From a virus: a DNA stretch of 64,000 nt. Positions within the stretch are counted from its first letter, which is position 1, and each line of letters opens with the position of its first letter. Location: the IMG/VR virus record IMGVR_UViG_3300013286_000013, positions 9,189 to 73,188 of that record, one strand, 5' to 3'. The position numbers were made by a program, and so were the translations under genes. The notes under the pieces are model-generated. The model was given only the letters and a program-made list of their open reading frames with translations, had not been told where the DNA came from and searched no databases. Shown here piece by piece: positions 36,401 to 45,600 of the stretch.

Positions 36401-39400
36401 TCTATCAGCTATCTAAGTAGCCTAGCACAGAAGATTATTTTAAATGACACGTCCGGTCCGCGTTACCAGTCAACGTCGGCACAAAATACATCAGTGGCTT
36501 CTAGCACTGCTGAAGTTGCCACTAAAATTGGTACAAACTTTAATTTAATTTTAGACATTTTAAACAATGGCACTGTTGGAATAACTGACAAGATAGTTCC
36601 TAGCGGATTAGCAACGAATGATCCTAGAATAGTCCATGCCTACACTCAGTTGCAAAATAACAAAGGTTATCTGCAAGACGAAGTCATTGCGTTTATAACA
36701 TCAACAACTTCAGGATTTACCTACGATCAGACCAAGTGCCGACGCGATGTTGGTTACATGATTGATAGTATCAGCTTTGATTGTCTATATGGCGGGAATC
36801 GTCAGAGCATTACATCAGGCATCAACTACTATAGTCACAATGCCCTGTCTTCCGTGCAGACTCCTGCAGAAACTACAGCAACTATAGCCGCATATACTCG
36901 TCTAAGTGACATTGTTTCGGGGATTATTACAGCAACTCCCATAGCTCGAAGCGATAATAACATCATTGATCAAGTTATAGATCTTCCGCCTGCGACCAGT
37001 GCAGAAGTCACTCTAGCAAGAGCCAAGATTGCTAAGATATCTAGTATTATTACCACTGGCCCGTCAGCGGCATCGGCAACAGCTTCTATAAGCCTAACGC
37101 CAAGCGCAGATGAAAATGTTAAACGTGCCTATGCATTGTTAGAAGCCAACAGAAATTTTATTGCAAATGAGTTGGTACAGTTTGCACAAAATACCTACAA
37201 TGGTGGTGGTTTCCAATATAATCAAGCCAAGTGCTCGCGTGATACAGGTTTAATAGTTGACGGATTTATAACTGACCTAGGATGGTCTACCAATGGCTAC
37301 ACCAATACCATATTTTCAGGATTGCAATATTGGAACCAGTCAGGGTTCACAGGTCAAATAGTTGGCCAATTAACCACAACTACCAATGCAATTAACTATG
37401 TAAAAACAATGGCTAAAGAAGCTGTTGTTAACACAGTAGGAACACGTTATCAAAGCACAGTTACTCAACAGATTAATTTGCCTTCAGCAACACTATCTGA
37501 AGCCAGCACACTAGACATTGAGTTTAAAATAATAACCGATATTTTAAGTACAGGTACTGTTGGTATATCAGACAAGGTTGTTGCTAACGGCTTAGCTATT
37601 GTTTCGTCTAATGCTCAAAATGCCTATAATATATTGCAGGTCAACAAGACATATTTCCAAGCTGAAGCAATAGCATATATTGATTCAACTAAGACAGCTG
37701 GCTTTATCTACGATAAAGTTAAATGTTCTCGAGATGTAGGCTACATGATCGACTCTGTCTGTTTTGATCTGCTATGGGGCGGCAACAGACAGGCAATTAC
37801 CAGTGGTGTCTACTACTATTCATTCAATGGCTCGTCTAGTATTCCCGGAGAAAGTCAACAGACTATTTCGGCATATCAGCGGCTAGGGGAAATACTTGGA
37901 GACATTATTACCAATTCTCCAATACAGAACAGTCCGGGAAATATAACTGCCCAGCAATTTAACAGTTCTCCGTCAATCATTGAAACAGCCTCAGCATTGA
38001 ATGCCATGGTTGCCTTGTTATTAGATATCATAAACAACGGTCCTTCAGCAGTCAGCAGACAAATACCAGTGGGCTTGACTCGCAATACAGATCAGAACAT
38101 TCTCAACGCTCAGACACTGTTGTTGTTGAATAGACAATTTATTAGAGATGAGATAATTGCCTACGTCAACAGTACATTCCCTAACTACCAAGGCAATAAA
38201 GGTTTTAATTACGATCAGGCAAAGTGTTATCGTGACACAGGTTTGATCATTGATGCAATTAGTCAAGATTTATTAGTGGGCGGAAATAGAAAAATCATTG
38301 AAGCCGGTGTGAGTTATTGGACCGGTGGTCGAAATGTTGTTTACGATCAGCTTCCACAATTTAATGCCGCACTGACCTACATCAAAGATTTATCAAGACA
38401 GATTGTACAAAATATAACAGTTACATCGTTAAGTGCCGCACCGCAAAAACTCAATACATATTTTGGCGGCGGTATATATGCAATTGATAGTATTAACAGA
38501 TTGGTAGAAACATTTAGAACTATCGTTACTAAAGGTCCTGCCTACTCTCCAATCGGCTACGAAGGATCAGGTGCGTTTTCTGCACTGAGCCCAACCAGTG
38601 CTGACTTTACTCAAGTGGCATCTACAATATTACAAGCAGACCTAGTCGGAGCTAATCAATATAAAATCATATTGAATGTTCCTACACAAGGTCCTGGCAT
38701 TAACCAAACTATATACTTTGGTCAAACATCTGTTTATCCGTTGCAAGATAAGGATGTTCCGGATATCTACGAACAACGAAAAGTTGATCCGTGGGGTTCT
38801 ATCGGCGGAAGCCTGGTAGACGGTGGTGTAATTAGTGATCGATCACCGATTCAGTCTTTTGTTTATGATGCGTTTACGCAGGTTAACCAAGGCGGCATCG
38901 GTATTCACATTACAAACAATGGATATGCACAGTTGGTATCTGTGTTTACAATTTTCTGCGGTACTTCAGTATTGGTCGAAAACGGCGGTATCTGTTCGAT
39001 TACCAACTCAAACGCCAACTTTGGTGACTACTGTCTAGTATCAAAGGGCTATGGTAAGCGTAGCTTCTTTGGCGAAGTTACTAATCCGGCGGTACTGCCA
39101 TACTATCCAAACGGCTTCTTTCCGCAGGCTCAACAGGTTGAAGTATACTGTCCTGACCCTGCTAATCGTCCGCACATTGGACAAGTTATGGAAGTTGAAG
39201 TTCCGGAAACCTATCGAAATGCACAGGGACTACCTGGATACCTTTCTGCTATTGTCAATACATCTACGCTGACTACTGGTAGTATTGTGATAAATGGCAT
39301 CGACACTACCGGAATTGTTATTGGCCAGAGCCTCTACGCACGTGATCAATTTGGTAGTTATAATGATTTATTTGGCAATCCATACATTACTACAGGTACT

Positions 39401-42262
39401 CAGGTTACAGATGTTAACTTCCAATCAATCTCTCTAAGCAATCCTGTAAATGCTGGCGGCGGTGATACTGCCAATCTTAATTTCTTTACTATGTATATCA
39501 CAGGCAATGCCTATTATACTATCAGAGGTAGTACATTGGCACCTGATCCAATCGCTCCAGGTACTAAACTCATTGGTGCAGGTGCTACTGAACAAGGCAA
39601 CGATCAAACAATTGAAGAAATTCAAGCCATTACTTATCTAAGTTCCTTGACAAACAAAATTGTATCCAACACTTTAGTCAACGCATTTCAATCAACGATA
39701 ACACAATTTACAAATATTGCGCTGGCAACAGGCGGACAGTCAACTGTGAGAATGGGGCAACTGTTTGCAACCTTGACAAATATAATTAACAACGGACCAA
39801 GTGTAGCTCCTACTGTTGCCTACGCAGGCATTGTTGCACCCGGAGCGAACGATTCGTCTTCGTTATTAAGATCAAATAGATTATTCCTACAAACAGAAAT
39901 AGTAAATTATGTTAATAGTCTATACTTTGTCTACGACCATGCGTCGTGGAAACGCGATTTGGCATCTATTATAGATGGTTTTGCCTATGATGTAGCCTTT
40001 CAATCCAACTATCAATCTATCAAATCCGGAAATTTATACAATAGAAATATTGAAAGTGCCAAGTATATTTTAGAAAATGAAAAGACTCAGATAACGGATG
40101 CTATAGGCAAACTCGGTGCTATCACTAACCAGTTGGCTGGTATTAGTACAGTCACATCTGCCATTAGTGTAATTAACTTAGACTCTATCTATATACAAAA
40201 TATTATCAACAACGGCGACGCCGGTGGTCCTGCGTACTCAATGCCTGCACCTGCAGGACTAGATTCGGGCATCGTTGGTGCCATTAGCTTAATTAACAAC
40301 AACATATCCTTTATTAAAGAAGAGTTGATAGGATGGATCAACTATACATATCCAGTTTTTACTTATGACACAGTTAAGTGCAAGAGAGACATGGGACTCA
40401 TCTTAGATGCTGTTCATTGGGACGTGTTATTAGGCACCAATTATCGTGCAGTAAAAGCCGGTCAATCGTATTATCGTGGTAATTCATATGCTGTACTAAC
40501 CTACGAAAAGACAGCAACTATTGCGGCATTTAATTTTATCAAGACCGATGCATTGTTGATTCCAGCAGTAGCAACAAGCACAACCGCTACAACTACAGTA
40601 ACTACTGACTTTACAACAATTAATAACATATTGCAAAGTGGTGTAAGTGTAGCTCCTGCGATAACCTATACCCTACCTACAAATATTGCAGTTGGATTTG
40701 ATAGTGCAAGTTTACTACTGCAAAATAATGTGTCATTTATCAGTGCAGAAGTAGAAGCATTTATATATACCAACTACAATGCTGGCGGCTTTGTCTATGA
40801 TCGTGTAAAATGCAAACGTGATATTAGTTATCTCGTACAGGCAATTATATACGATATCACATATGGTGGAAATTCCATGAGTATTGATAGTGCGTTGCAG
40901 TATTTTGATAGTGCCAATAATAATGTAAGCACTATTCCAAATCAGCAAACACAAACCATTGCAGGTATCAACTATATTAATACCATATGCCAACGCATCA
41001 TAACTAATTTGTCTCCATTAGTGGCATATCAAACAGTTAACATTGTTGCTCAATATAAAAATAATGCATATATAAACGGTTCAGCCGCAGGTTCTAAAGT
41101 TGCACTGTTGGTAACAGTGATGAGCAATATTGTCAGTAGCGGTCCTAGAGTGACCCCGGTTATTACAACTCCTGATATCAGTTGGGTCAACGACAAGACT
41201 CTTGCAGCCGGAACAGCTATCAATGCCAGTGCGAATTCAATCTCTACACAGGCGATTACATTTATCGGGCAAAATTTTGATGTATTCACTTATGATCAAA
41301 ATAAATGTCGCAGAGACATAGGCTACATATTACAGGCTCTAATATATGATTTGACCTACGGTGGCACCTGGCAGACTGTTGACTCCGGAAAATTGTATTG
41401 GAGCGGGACCAAATCTTTAGTGCCAAATGAACAAGCACAGACTGTGGGTGCCTGGAATCGCATGTTATATCTGGTTGGTCAGATAGTACAAAATCAAAAT
41501 CCTGCAAATAGTTATCAAGCTACGTACAGTCAATTCACCAACGGATCGATCACCAACGGAGCAAATGCTATACCAACATTGACTAATTTGACTGGTATAT
41601 TAACTTCAATAATTCAAAACGGATTATCTTATGCTCCTGATATTGTATATCCAAGCATATCACAGGCTACTCCTGTACTGCAGGGAATATACAACATAAT
41701 CGAATCGCAAAAGACCAATCTAGTGAATCAGGTAATTACATACATTGATGGAAAGTATAATGGATTTGAATATAATCAAGCTCTGTGTAAGCGAGATGTT
41801 GGATATATTATAGATGCCATAGCGTCCGATTTGGTAACAGGCGGTAATTACAACACAGTGTTGGCAGGTCAAAGTTATTACGCCAGGGCAGGAACACATC
41901 ATTACGTGCAGTTAGAAGACAACATCACGGATGCCGCTCTGTTTTCAGACAAGGCACTGGTGAATTTCTATCAGCGTTCATACATGTCGGCTTCTGGCTA
42001 CTTGTTTGAGTATGTAGGCGCAGGTTCTAACTACGGCGCTCTACCGCAGATAGGACGAGCAGATCCAATACAAGAAAGAGAAACCATACAGTTGAATAAC
42101 GGTAAGGTCTTCTTTACATCAACAGACCAAAACGGTGACTTCCGAATTGGCCCGGGATTGGTAATTAGTCAGGCAACTGGCGTGTTATCAGGTCGTACAT
42201 TTACCAAGTCATTGTTTGCTAACTTGACACCGTTCATCTTGGCGATTGAAGGAAAAGGATAA
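33407..42262 (+). CDS. Giant virion fibre/spike protein: split pectin-lyase-like beta-helix carrying 13 phycobiliprotein-like helical repeats
   Basis: 2951 aa. LYVTEDGSDTNDG..SPYIQNCT / GGSLVDG..DAFTQVNQGGIG beta-helix motifs; repeats of KCxRDxGxIIDxIxxDLxxGGN. Confidence 0.75.
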   Translation: MAVGRITGPLLASNLLRDGINLAVETNLLYLDVTTGRIGIKTNSPQYDLDVNGTANVGSIIVLNTSTLGLLTVTKTASSGTIGSTLGPIHIKPAPGNEIKLDADTLVSGNLHATGDITADGNIVLGNQLGVDTLTVGAEFLSSLIPKTPGTYNVGSPTNNWKDGYYQQIQAGNLRAYGSTITNLLASQGISIEPKGGPLNVYGEIRVWGQNPLGTSPVTKNLLYVTEDGSDTNDGGAMDPSRACRTVSGATKSPLYKEGTSIKVSPGLYRENNPILMKQYTSVIGSDLRTTLIEPMNKTQDLFHVQSGCYVAQLMMYNGRSGRFPGGPGYAPGTNRGAYATAFPPQVNGTKIDLFHSPYIQNCTNQSGPWLYDGTMFVPNQTIQIPEAVGTATYPSNTTTFTVTLSTGSIYVGQSINGGPPDPGFQNARTLLLANKAFIQEQTVAYVDQTYGGPFQYNAVKCARDTGLIVDGLGLDLIYQGTSQSVFSGLQYWNQTATPTQIPGEATTTTNAFNYISGLAQQIVRNIVIAAPYQNTLTQVTNLPAGAVGDSTRVGSLFTTVTNIITYGTAGITDKIIPNGTTITSNTSTVAAYNLLQANKNFLKSEVIAWITVFSPGSFIYDKNKCKRDLGYIIDSISFDLLRGGNRQAIQAGTLYYGYSSTTAIPNEIAQTTMAYQYMKSVISSVVQSQKLVSFYQSEIPQVLDNVNPGSAAAATTISSNIDLITRLITVGPAAAPSLVPISLTQTSTAGLLNAYALLNANKNFIKAEVVAYTNSLPNFVYNQEKCKRDIGIILENVSFDALFGGNAKAIESGLAYFDGVNSVIAGQETQSVGAINYVKSLTNTIINNMRAPNLIGTTATHAQVINYAFPGGSVAQDSLDNAYDTITNIINNGPSVAPESFLGCAPDPHYMSAEILLQTNRAFIQEEVVTYLNNQFLPFSFNSAKCYRDSGLIVDSIALDLLFPTATDSQSNFAGLQYWSQSSYTGLIASQITTTTNSISYLSSLAQKIILNDTSGPRYQSTSAQNTSVASSTAEVATKIGTNFNLILDILNNGTVGITDKIVPSGLATNDPRIVHAYTQLQNNKGYLQDEVIAFITSTTSGFTYDQTKCRRDVGYMIDSISFDCLYGGNRQSITSGINYYSHNALSSVQTPAETTATIAAYTRLSDIVSGIITATPIARSDNNIIDQVIDLPPATSAEVTLARAKIAKISSIITTGPSAASATASISLTPSADENVKRAYALLEANRNFIANELVQFAQNTYNGGGFQYNQAKCSRDTGLIVDGFITDLGWSTNGYTNTIFSGLQYWNQSGFTGQIVGQLTTTTNAINYVKTMAKEAVVNTVGTRYQSTVTQQINLPSATLSEASTLDIEFKIITDILSTGTVGISDKVVANGLAIVSSNAQNAYNILQVNKTYFQAEAIAYIDSTKTAGFIYDKVKCSRDVGYMIDSVCFDLLWGGNRQAITSGVYYYSFNGSSSIPGESQQTISAYQRLGEILGDIITNSPIQNSPGNITAQQFNSSPSIIETASALNAMVALLLDIINNGPSAVSRQIPVGLTRNTDQNILNAQTLLLLNRQFIRDEIIAYVNSTFPNYQGNKGFNYDQAKCYRDTGLIIDAISQDLLVGGNRKIIEAGVSYWTGGRNVVYDQLPQFNAALTYIKDLSRQIVQNITVTSLSAAPQKLNTYFGGGIYAIDSINRLVETFRTIVTKGPAYSPIGYEGSGAFSALSPTSADFTQVASTILQADLVGANQYKIILNVPTQGPGINQTIYFGQTSVYPLQDKDVPDIYEQRKVDPWGSIGGSLVDGGVISDRSPIQSFVYDAFTQVNQGGIGIHITNNGYAQLVSVFTIFCGTSVLVENGGICSITNSNANFGDYCLVSKGYGKRSFFGEVTNPAVLPYYPNGFFPQAQQVEVYCPDPANRPHIGQVMEVEVPETYRNAQGLPGYLSAIVNTSTLTTGSIVINGIDTTGIVIGQSLYARDQFGSYNDLFGNPYITTGTQVTDVNFQSISLSNPVNAGGGDTANLNFFTMYITGNAYYTIRGSTLAPDPIAPGTKLIGAGATEQGNDQTIEEIQAITYLSSLTNKIVSNTLVNAFQSTITQFTNIALATGGQSTVRMGQLFATLTNIINNGPSVAPTVAYAGIVAPGANDSSSLLRSNRLFLQTEIVNYVNSLYFVYDHASWKRDLASIIDGFAYDVAFQSNYQSIKSGNLYNRNIESAKYILENEKTQITDAIGKLGAITNQLAGISTVTSAISVINLDSIYIQNIINNGDAGGPAYSMPAPAGLDSGIVGAISLINNNISFIKEELIGWINYTYPVFTYDTVKCKRDMGLILDAVHWDVLLGTNYRAVKAGQSYYRGNSYAVLTYEKTATIAAFNFIKTDALLIPAVATSTTATTTVTTDFTTINNILQSGVSVAPAITYTLPTNIAVGFDSASLLLQNNVSFISAEVEAFIYTNYNAGGFVYDRVKCKRDISYLVQAIIYDITYGGNSMSIDSALQYFDSANNNVSTIPNQQTQTIAGINYINTICQRIITNLSPLVAYQTVNIVAQYKNNAYINGSAAGSKVALLVTVMSNIVSSGPRVTPVITTPDISWVNDKTLAAGTAINASANSISTQAITFIGQNFDVFTYDQNKCRRDIGYILQALIYDLTYGGTWQTVDSGKLYWSGTKSLVPNEQAQTVGAWNRMLYLVGQIVQNQNPANSYQATYSQFTNGSITNGANAIPTLTNLTGILTSIIQNGLSYAPDIVYPSISQATPVLQGIYNIIESQKTNLVNQVITYIDGKYNGFEYNQALCKRDVGYIIDAIASDLVTGGNYNTVLAGQSYYARAGTHHYVQLEDNITDAALFSDKALVNFYQRSYMSASGYLFEYVGAGSNYGALPQIGRADPIQERETIQLNNGKVFFTSTDQNGDFRIGPGLVISQATGVLSGRTFTKSLFANLTPFILAIEGKG
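34681..38551 (+). repeat. Protein repeat block 1: eight ~160-167 aa C-x-R-D repeats
   Basis: Cys codons at 34790, 35282, 35765, 36245, 36737, 37232, 37724 and 38225. Confidence 0.9.
39602..41884 (+). repeat. Protein repeat block 2: five repeats, one with Cys replaced by Trp
   Basis: Trp codon at 39947 (SWKRD); Cys codons at 40379, 40811, 41306 and 41786. Confidence 0.88.
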
Positions 42263-42275
42263 AGGATAATATAAC

Positions 42276-42662
42276 ATGGCATTAATACCATTAAACGTAT
42301 TCAAGACAAAAACTTTTGTTTTGACAACACAAACAAACACATTTGTTTACACAGCACCGGTTGGAGTTACATCGATTGTATTGATGGCAAACGTAGCCAA
42401 CGTAACGACGGCAACAACGGCGGCAGTGACTTTTGCACATCATAGGAATCTTCCGGTCTTACCAGATGCACAGGGTAACGGAGGCCAACCGGCAAACGTG
42501 ACCACGGAAATTGTTTCAGGATTTCAGATACCTCCACAAGATGCGTCAAACATGTTGCCGGGAAAAATGATTATTGAGAGTTTAGATAGCGTAGTGGCTT
42601 ACGCAGATACTGCTAGATCATTAAAATTAACTCTAAGTATCTTAGAAACAGCCAACGCATAA
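42276..42662 (+). CDS. Small virion structural protein
   Basis: 128 aa, SD AAGGA; similar to 32262-32591; sits between giant fibre genes. Confidence 0.7.
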   Translation: MALIPLNVFKTKTFVLTTQTNTFVYTAPVGVTSIVLMANVANVTTATTAAVTFAHHRNLPVLPDAQGNGGQPANVTTEIVSGFQIPPQDASNMLPGKMIIESLDSVVAYADTARSLKLTLSILETANA

Positions 42663-42674
42663 TAGGAATTAACA

Positions 42675-45600
42675 ATGCCATCATTACTAAGCGGTAAGGT
42701 AAAATTAGTTAGTCCAGGAACTAATTACACCGTAGTTAACAATTATATCAGTCTGAGCCAAGCACAGGCTGGTTTAGGTGCCTCACCTACAACAAACACT
42801 GGTTACACCTTAGTAATTGGCCCAAATGGTCAGGCAACATATACAAACACACTTGGTCAAATTGCGTTTAGTACTGGTACTATTACATCGCAAGCACCGA
42901 CTGGTGACTTAACTCTTAATCCAAGCGGCACAGGTACGATTACACTTAATGGTCCTGTTAATATTCCCCAAGGTATTCAAGGTAGTGGATTTAAGACAGA
43001 AGCAAAACGTGCAACAACTGGAAACGTTTTAGTCAATCAATCCACATCAACAGTGGTCTATGACGGTTATCATGTAGATTATCTAGACCGTCTCTTAGTT
43101 AGAGCACAAGATGATGCTAGAAGCAATGGTATCTATTATGTTTACACAGCAACGTTTGCCACTAATGTAGTTACAACGCAGATAAACTATACGCAAAATA
43201 GCTATACTGCCACAACATACAACGTCGGTGATGCAAATAGTCTAGTTGCGGGTAGTACACTTACCAGTTTGTTTGTCGGCTTTAACACAACTATTGTTCA
43301 AATACTAGACAGCTCAACATTCTTAATGAGCAATCCTGCATTGGGAAATATTACTGGTGCAGTTTCTACAGCATCAAGTAAAGGTCTAACAAACTTTGTA
43401 ACACTTTCAAGATCAACAGATGCATACACGACTGGTGGATTGAAACACGTTGTTGTTCCAATTGTTGGAGGCACCTATGAGGGTAGATTATTTTATACAT
43501 CATTCCTGGCTACCCAGGTAGTCGGAGTTGATCCAATCAATTGGTATGAGATAGTTGATAGTACTTCTTATCAAACTGTCTACAACAAATATTTAGAAAA
43601 TTCATCGATTGGCTCGTATCTTCCAAACACTGGTAGATTTACAAATTTAACTGCAATAAACACAGCTACCTTTACTAACGCAACTGATTCTACAGCAACT
43701 AACAATGGTGCTGTGATAGTAACTGGTGGGGTTGGTATTCAAAAGAGTCTGTTTGTTGGAGGAGCTACAAACATTCAAGGCAGTTTAAATGTAAACAGCC
43801 AAGCAAATATCAATCCAGCTGATGCAACAGTATCAATTCAACCAACTGGAATTGGCACAGTTACGATCAATCCATCTACTAAAGGCACCATTAACAACAT
43901 AGACATTGGTAACACTATTCCCAAGAATGGTACCTTTGTAAATCTAACAGCTAATAATCAATTATTAGTAACATCAACATCACAGTCTACCAGTACAACT
44001 ACAGGTGCTGTACAAATTGCAGGCGGTGTTGGCATTGGTGGCAACCTAGTCCTAGGAGGTCAGTTAATATTCAGCGGACTTGCAGACGAGTTTGTTGTTA
44101 ATAATTTCCGTGCAAAAGGACAGGTACTGTTTACTACGAGTACAAATTCAACATCAACTACGACAGGCGGACTTATTGTAAGTGGCGGTGTTGGTATTGC
44201 ACAAGATCTAGTATTAGGTGGTAAACTAATATTTCAGGGCTCGGGCACAAACTTATCTTTGAGTACACTATCAGTTACGTCTAGTTCACAGTCAACCAGT
44301 ACTACTACTGGTGCGTTAACTGTAGTCGGTGGGGTAGGTGTAGGTGGAAACTTAACCCTAGGCGGACAACTAATATTCAGCGGTGCTGCCGGTAATTTAA
44401 AGGTCAGTACCCTAGCAGTTACCAGTTCTACAAATTCAACCAGCACAACTACAGGAGCATTTACTGTTACTGGCGGTGTTGGTATTGGACGAGATTTAGT
44501 ACTAGGCGGAAGTCTGGTATTCACAAACGCCAGCGGTACTATCAACGCGGCACAAGTTCACATCCTTGGAACAAACACTTCAGTAAGTACGCAAACAGGT
44601 GCTCTAGTTGTTGATGGCGGTGTGGGTGTTGCCAAGGACGTGGTAGTTGGCGGCAATTTGGACCTAGGCGGTCAGCTGACATTTAACAAATCATTTACTG
44701 CAACCTTCGTTGCACTACACATTACCAGCACAGCAAGTAACGTCGCCTCATTTGTTGATAATGCAATTTTTGTTGAAGGTGGCCAATCTGTTAAGAAAGA
44801 CCTAAGTGTTTATGGTAACACGGTGCTCTACGGTAATTTAACGGTAGCTGGAACACAGACAGTTGTTGATTCGCAAAACACCTATATCATTGATCCAGTA
44901 ATTGACATAGGTACTGGTGTGGATAACACTCCACTATTGGTCAATGACGGTTATGATCGCGGCATGCTATTGCACTATAGCACAGGAGTTGGCGCACAAT
45001 TTGACAACCATGCATTTATCGGGCGCGATGCAACTACAGGTTTCTTAACCTATAAAGTTAACATCTACCCAGGTGGCTACGAATATTTTCCGCCAGCATT
45101 TGCAAATACAGGTAGCTTTGGTACAGCACAATTTGGCGGCCTACGACTAAGTGGCGGCGCAGTTGCACTGAGCACTAACACGGGAGATCTACAAGTACTG
45201 GGCGGTATTGGTGTTACAGGCGGAAGCTATTTTGGCGGAACGCTAACACTAGGTAGTGCATTAGCCAATACAACACAGACAATCAATCATGCATTGGTAG
45301 TATCTAGTGGCGGTATTGGAGTTGCAGGAGCCAGTTTCTTTGCAGGAACGGTTAAGTTTTCAAATGCCCAAGCATCAACAGATCCATCATCCGGAGCAGT
45401 CGTGCTTTCAGGAGGCCTTGGAGTAGGCGGATCGATCTTTACTGCCGGTCCAATGCGCATAAGAAACAGTACAGCGGCTGTAAGTACTGGAACAGGTGCC
45501 CTAGTTGTTTCAGGCGGGGCAGGATTTGATGGCGATATCTATGCACATAACATCTATACAGATGCAGGCCTAACACAGCTGGCAAATTTCAACGGTGGAC

